From: Methanobacteriota archaeon
GTDB lineage: Archaea > JAADCQ01 > Methanopyri > Methanopyrales > Methanopyraceae
Length of the DNA stretch: 64,000 nt
Direction of reading: 5' to 3'
Assembly: GCA_027064425.1 (NCBI GenBank)
Contig: JAMOPO010000015.1
Coordinates: 224,001-288,000, forward strand
The notes beneath the pieces are model-generated. The model was not told the origin of the DNA and did no database searches. It saw only the letters and a program-made list of their open reading frames with translations. Both the position numbers and the translations under genes were made by a program. Below, in pieces: positions 59,601-64,000 of this stretch. The first letter of the stretch is position 1. Each line of letters begins with the position of its first letter.

Positions 59601-61274
59601 ATGACCGACGGAGGACTCACGCTCCTGCTATTATTGCTCCTAACCCTCCGGCGGAAGCGCGGTCGGGACGGGAAGAAGAGGGTGAGCGTCGTCATCCCCG
59701 CGTACAACGAGGAGGAGACCGTGGGGAAGGTCGTCAAAGCCGCCAGGCGGGTCCCGCTCGTCGATGAGGTGATCGTCGTCGATGACGGCAGCGAGGACCG
59801 CACGGCCGAGCGCGCTCGCGAGGCCGGGGCTAAGGTCGTCTCCCACCCGGAGAACCGCGGTAAGGGGGAGGCCATGAAAACAGGGCTTGAGCGCTCCTCG
59901 GGCGACGTCATCGCCTTCGTCGACGCGGACATCAAGAACATCCGCCCGGAGATGATCGAGAAGATGATCAGGCCGGTCCTCCGGGACGAGGCGGACCTGG
60001 TCAAGACCAAGTTCAAGCGCAAGGCCGGCCGCGTGACCCTCCTCACCGCCAAGCCCCTGCTCCGGTTCTTCTTCCCGGAGGTGTCCGAGCTGGAGCAGCC
60101 CCTGAGCGGGCAGATCTGCGCGAAGCGGGAGCTACTGGAGCGCGTCGAGTTCGAGCCCGACTACGGCGTTGACATCGGGATCATCCTCGACGCCGTCGCG
60201 CTCGGGGCCCGGATCAAGGAGGTGGACATCGGCGAGATCAAGCACGAGATGCAGCCCCTGGAGCGCCTCCACCGGATGGCCCTCCAGGTCGTTCGCACGA
60301 TCCTGGACCGCGCGCACCGCTACGGGCGGATCGTCCTCCGGTGGAACGTCGGCAAGGCGCTGAACCGGGTCAACCTGGGCCTCTCGCTGGTCGCCCTAGG
60401 GCTCGCCGCCCTCTTCTACACGGACCTCCCGATCCCCATGGTCCTAGGACTCACGGCCCTAGGCCTGGCCCTGGCGCTCATCTCGCTGACCGACCTGGTT
60501 CGGGAGCTCCTCGGGATCCGGCGGCGCAGGCGCGCGCTGCGCCCTTTCCTGCACATGCACGCCTCCGTGATCATGTCCCTCGCCGTGGTCGCCGTGCTCG
60601 TCGGCGCCATGTTGTCCTCCATCCAGGTCACCGGAAGTAAGATCGAGGTGAACCCGCTCCCGCGCAAGGTGATCTGGGGCCAGCAGGAGGTCAAGACCGA
60701 GGGCCCGTACCTCGTTCGGTACGGCGGAGGCAACACCGTGCTCCTCGGCGACAGCGTCCTCCACGTCCTCGACCTGCAGCCCGGCGATCGGATCGTCTAC
60801 CAGCGGTCCGAGTTCACCGTCAAGCGCGCCTCTCGAGACAACCTGGTCGTGATCCCGCAGGGCCTGGCGAGGCAGCTGGGGCTCAAGCAGGGTAAGGCCA
60901 CGGACTCGGAGCTCCGGCTGGCCTTCCGCAACCTGACCGTGAACCGGGAGCTCAAGGCGCAGGACGTCACCGTGAGGATCACCGCGGTCCTCTCGGCCAC
61001 CGCCAACCCGGCCAAGGCACTCGTCGTGAGCGTCGACGGGCGCACCGAGGTCCGCGTGCCGGTCGCCTTACGCGACAACCGACTGTACGTTTACGTACCC
61101 GGGTACGGCCTCATCGAGCTACAGCGCGAGCGCGTTCTGTACCTGGCCGGCCACCAGATCACGCTGAAGCTGGAGGACGCCGGCGCGGAGACGCTGCTGC
61201 TCTCACCACCCGAGCCCACCCCGTTCGCCATCATCGAGCTCAAGACACCCGCCGCGCGGGCTGTGGTCGGATGA
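59601..61274 (+). CDS. GT2/GT-A glycosyltransferase with TM helices and C-terminal extension
   Basis: VVIPAYNEE, VVDDGSED, FVDAD, QPLSGQ, YGVDIG. Confidence 0.85.
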   Translation: MTDGGLTLLLLLLLTLRRKRGRDGKKRVSVVIPAYNEEETVGKVVKAARRVPLVDEVIVVDDGSEDRTAERAREAGAKVVSHPENRGKGEAMKTGLERSSGDVIAFVDADIKNIRPEMIEKMIRPVLRDEADLVKTKFKRKAGRVTLLTAKPLLRFFFPEVSELEQPLSGQICAKRELLERVEFEPDYGVDIGIILDAVALGARIKEVDIGEIKHEMQPLERLHRMALQVVRTILDRAHRYGRIVLRWNVGKALNRVNLGLSLVALGLAALFYTDLPIPMVLGLTALGLALALISLTDLVRELLGIRRRRRALRPFLHMHASVIMSLAVVAVLVGAMLSSIQVTGSKIEVNPLPRKVIWGQQEVKTEGPYLVRYGGGNTVLLGDSVLHVLDLQPGDRIVYQRSEFTVKRASRDNLVVIPQGLARQLGLKQGKATDSELRLAFRNLTVNRELKAQDVTVRITAVLSATANPAKALVVSVDGRTEVRVPVALRDNRLYVYVPGYGLIELQRERVLYLAGHQITLKLEDAGAETLLLSPPEPTPFAIIELKTPAARAVVG

Positions 61275-62821
61275 TCAGGGAGCTGTCCACGCTCTCTCCG
61301 GATCCCAACGCCGAAGCCCGCGTCTGCGTCCTGTACCCCAACGAGTACCGTGGAATGGCCTCGAACCTCGGGATCCACATCGTCTGCCGCCTGCTCCGCG
61401 ACGAGCCGGGGATCTCCGTCGAGCGCTCGTACCTCCCGACCGACGCGTATGAGGACCTTGGTCCCGAGCGCAGGCTGGTCTCGCTGGAGACCGGGACCGA
61501 GCTATCGAGGTTCGACGTGGTCTGCGTCTCCCTGCAGTTCGAGCTCGATTACCCGCACATCCTTGAGGCGTTGATCATGGGCGGAGTGCCGCCGTCCCGA
61601 GAGGAGCGTGGTGACGACCACCCCCTGATCATCGCCGGAGGACCCTGCACCGTGAACCCCCTGCCGATGGAACCTTACGTCGACGCGTTCTACGTGGGAG
61701 AGGCCGAGGCCACGTTCATCGAGGGCATCCGGCGGGTTCTGGAGGCCGAGTCCCGGCGCGAGGCGCTCGAGGAGCTGGCCGACGTGCCGGGGTTCTACGT
61801 TCCCGAGCACCCGGAGGAGACGGAGCGGGTCGCGCCCCGATCACTCGAGGACACCGACCCTCCCCTCATCGTGTTCGCCCCCGAATCGCCCGATCTGAGC
61901 GGGCTCCGCGCGTACCCGGTCGAGCTCAGCCGGGGCTGCCCGCACGCCTGCAGCTTCTGCTTAGGAGGCCACACCACCGGGGACTGGCGGTGCAGGCCAC
62001 TGGACCACCTGGACCGAATCCTACGTCACGCCGAGCGCTCCCCGTACGACCGCGCGGCCTTAATCTCGGCCACGCCCACCGCCCACCCGGACTTCGAGGA
62101 GGTCGTGGAGCTGTGCTCCGAGCTGGGCCTCGAGCTGTCTCTCCCGTCGCTGCGCGTGGACGATCTCGACCCCGACCTGCTACCGCGACTTCGAGAGGCC
62201 GGGGTCAGGACGCTCACACTGGCCCCGGAGTCGGGCTCCGAGGAGATCAGGGAGTTCCTCAACAAGCCAATCGACGAGGACCACCTGCTGGAGCTCGTGG
62301 AGACCGCGGGACGGCTGGGGATGCGCGTGCGGCTATACCTGATCGTTGGGGTTCCCGGGTTCTCGGTGGAGGAGGACGCGCTCAAGTCCGCCCAACTTGT
62401 CCGGGAGTGCGCGGAGCGGGCGGAGGTTAGCGTCAGCGTCAACCCGCTGATCCCCAAGGCGTTCACGCCGCTTCAGTACCTTCCGATGCTCCCGATCGAC
62501 GAGATCCGAAGGCGCTACCGAACGTTCTCGCGGGAGGTAAACGTGGAGGTCTCCACGGAACGACCCGAGCTCGCCCACGCCCAGTCCCTCCTCTCGCGGG
62601 GGGACAGGGACGTCGCCCCGGCGCTAGAGCGCGTGCTCTGGCGGGCCCGTAGCCCCCGAGCCTGGGCAAAGGTCCTGGAGTCCATGGAGCCGAGGATCGG
62701 GCCGGAGAGCCCCCCGGAGGGGCCGGAGGAGGTGCCGTATGACTTCATCCGTGTGGGGCCGAGCCACGAGCGACTGCACGCCGCGTACTCCCGGCTAGCC
62801 GGACTCAGTGCGCCCCAATGA
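61271..62821 (+). CDS. Radical SAM protein (B12-binding-domain type)
   Basis: YPNEYRGMASNLG; ELSRGCPHACSFC; TLAPESGS. Confidence 0.88.
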   Translation: MIRELSTLSPDPNAEARVCVLYPNEYRGMASNLGIHIVCRLLRDEPGISVERSYLPTDAYEDLGPERRLVSLETGTELSRFDVVCVSLQFELDYPHILEALIMGGVPPSREERGDDHPLIIAGGPCTVNPLPMEPYVDAFYVGEAEATFIEGIRRVLEAESRREALEELADVPGFYVPEHPEETERVAPRSLEDTDPPLIVFAPESPDLSGLRAYPVELSRGCPHACSFCLGGHTTGDWRCRPLDHLDRILRHAERSPYDRAALISATPTAHPDFEEVVELCSELGLELSLPSLRVDDLDPDLLPRLREAGVRTLTLAPESGSEEIREFLNKPIDEDHLLELVETAGRLGMRVRLYLIVGVPGFSVEEDALKSAQLVRECAERAEVSVSVNPLIPKAFTPLQYLPMLPIDEIRRRYRTFSREVNVEVSTERPELAHAQSLLSRGDRDVAPALERVLWRARSPRAWAKVLESMEPRIGPESPPEGPEEVPYDFIRVGPSHERLHAAYSRLAGLSAPQ

Positions 62822-63383
62822 GGTTGGTAATTAGGCCCACGAACCCGCCAATTCCGGCCGCCTCCAGCCCGCGGAAAACCAGCCGTTTACCCCTGTCCTC
62901 GCAGAGCTTACCCAGGTACAGGCCTAGCAAAAACAGGGTCAGTCCGGAGACGATCACGCACGGTACGAGGCCGGTCCGAGGGTCCCCAACCGCGACCACG
63001 GTCAGGATGGGAACCATCGAGGCCGCGAAGCTGGATCCACCGTGCGAGACCACGCTGGTGTAGATCCTGATCTTGGCCATGTCGTGCACCCGAGTGTGCT
63101 CCAAGCCGCCCCGCTCCATGACCATGCGCCGCTCCAGCTCCCGCATCTCTCGCAATTCCTCGATCTTCTCCCCCAAGTAGGAGCCGAACCCGTTGGACAG
63201 CGCCAGGGCGACGGCCACGCTCAGTCCCGAGGCGACGGCATCGTGCAGCGTGCCGCCGCGGGAAGCCACGCTGAGCACGGCACCCATGCTGGCCAGGATG
63301 CCGTCCATGGAGCCCAGGGCCATGTATCGACCCGTGCGCAGGGCGCTCCGCAGCACCTCCTTGATCAGCTCGCGGCGTTTCAA
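62805..63383 (-). CDS. VIT1/CCC1-like membrane protein
   Basis: LGSMDGIL, LSNGFGSYLGE, TM helices. Confidence 0.8.
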   Translation of the reverse strand: MKRRELIKEVLRSALRTGRYMALGSMDGILASMGAVLSVASRGGTLHDAVASGLSVAVALALSNGFGSYLGEKIEELREMRELERRMVMERGGLEHTRVHDMAKIRIYTSVVSHGGSSFAASMVPILTVVAVGDPRTGLVPCVIVSGLTLFLLGLYLGKLCEDRGKRLVFRGLEAAGIGGFVGLITNLIGAH

Positions 63384-63395
63384 GCCGCACCACCG

Positions 63396-63686
63396 TTAAT
63401 CATCCTGCGGAGTCTTCACCTCCTCCACGATCCTGGAACCGGCCACCACCTCATCGATGCTGTGAACGACACCACCCATGTCCTCGATCACGTCCTTGAT
63501 TTTCTCGAAGTCCAGGTCCGTACCCTCCACGGTAACCTTTACGTTCTCAACGTCCCGATCCACCTCCACCAGCACGACGTTCACGCCATCCACGCCGTCC
63601 AGCTCCGCGAGCGAGCGGGCCAGCTCCGTCGTGTCCGGCTCGAGCGGCTTCATCACGTCCAGCACCAGTCGCCGGATTTTACTCAA
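63396..63686 (-). CDS. DUF211 family protein
   Basis: [11 protein letters not shown]...HSIDEVVAG; TTG start at 63686. Confidence 0.88.
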   Translation of the reverse strand: MSKIRRLVLDVMKPLEPDTTELARSLAELDGVDGVNVVLVEVDRDVENVKVTVEGTDLDFEKIKDVIEDMGGVVHSIDEVVAGSRIVEEVKTPQDD

Positions 63687-63714
63687 CTCCCTCCACTCCC
63701 CCGGGGGAATCAGG

Positions 63715-64000
63715 TTGACCACCTGGCACCCCAGGCCCGGACCGATCCCAGCCGCGATGTACACCCTCCGCGATCTCCTCGCCGATGCCATTATCATCCA
63801 CGGTCCAAAAGGGTGTTGCTTCCGCACCGCGCGCCTGCTGGAGAAGGACGGGGTTCGAGTCCTGGTTACGGGCATGGAGGAGGATGACTTCGTCTTCGGC
63901 GCGCACGAGAAGCTCGTCCGAGCGCTCGAGTACGCGGAGGAGCGGCTGGAACCCGAGCTCCTGGGCGTGGTGGGCACCTGCGTCTCCTCCATCATCGGGG
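63715..64000 (+). CDS. cfbD: Ni-sirohydrochlorin a,c-diamide reductive cyclase catalytic subunit (partial)
   Basis: [16 protein letters not shown]...[19 protein letters not shown]...GTCVSSIIG; runs off the window. Confidence 0.92.
   Translation, partial: MTTWHPRPGPIPAAMYTLRDLLADAIIIHGPKGCCFRTARLLEKDGVRVLVTGMEEDDFVFGAHEKLVRALEYAEERLEPELLGVVGTCVSSIIG

Overview
GC-rich DNA from a hyperthermophilic methanogenic archaeon. The gene set (Sec-containing SelD with an archaeal SECIS, an Hmd paralogue, CfbD, a DUF1678-like ORF, many C/D-box sRNAs) fits the genus Methanopyrus. The window has two parts. (1) About 1-43.5 kb is an accessory region rich in orphan genes, apart from cobN at 37.2-40.7 kb. It holds secreted proteins that share a short hydrophobic/Pro-rich + Arg/Lys tail, and two ORFs in which that tail is internal and is followed by a second signal peptide. 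It also holds two extracellular-domain/PrsW-CPBP-like protease fusions flanking a divergent pair of paralogous membrane proteins, a defence-like island (MNT/HEPN, PLD nuclease, catalytically degenerate DUF1156 methylase, PIN), at least 12 C/D-box guide sRNA candidates and many frameshifted genes. (2) About 43.7-64 kb is intact housekeeping: leuS, Hmd paralogue, cca, thpR, AAA ATPase, selD, thyA, pdxS, cbiF/G/H, DUF35-thiolase-HMG-CoA synthase, HTH regulator, GT2, radical SAM, VIT1-like, DUF211, cfbD. The best candidate for an undescribed system is the putative surface-protein sorting/polyprotein system with its associated intramembrane proteases. All family calls come from motif recognition by eye; no searches were run.
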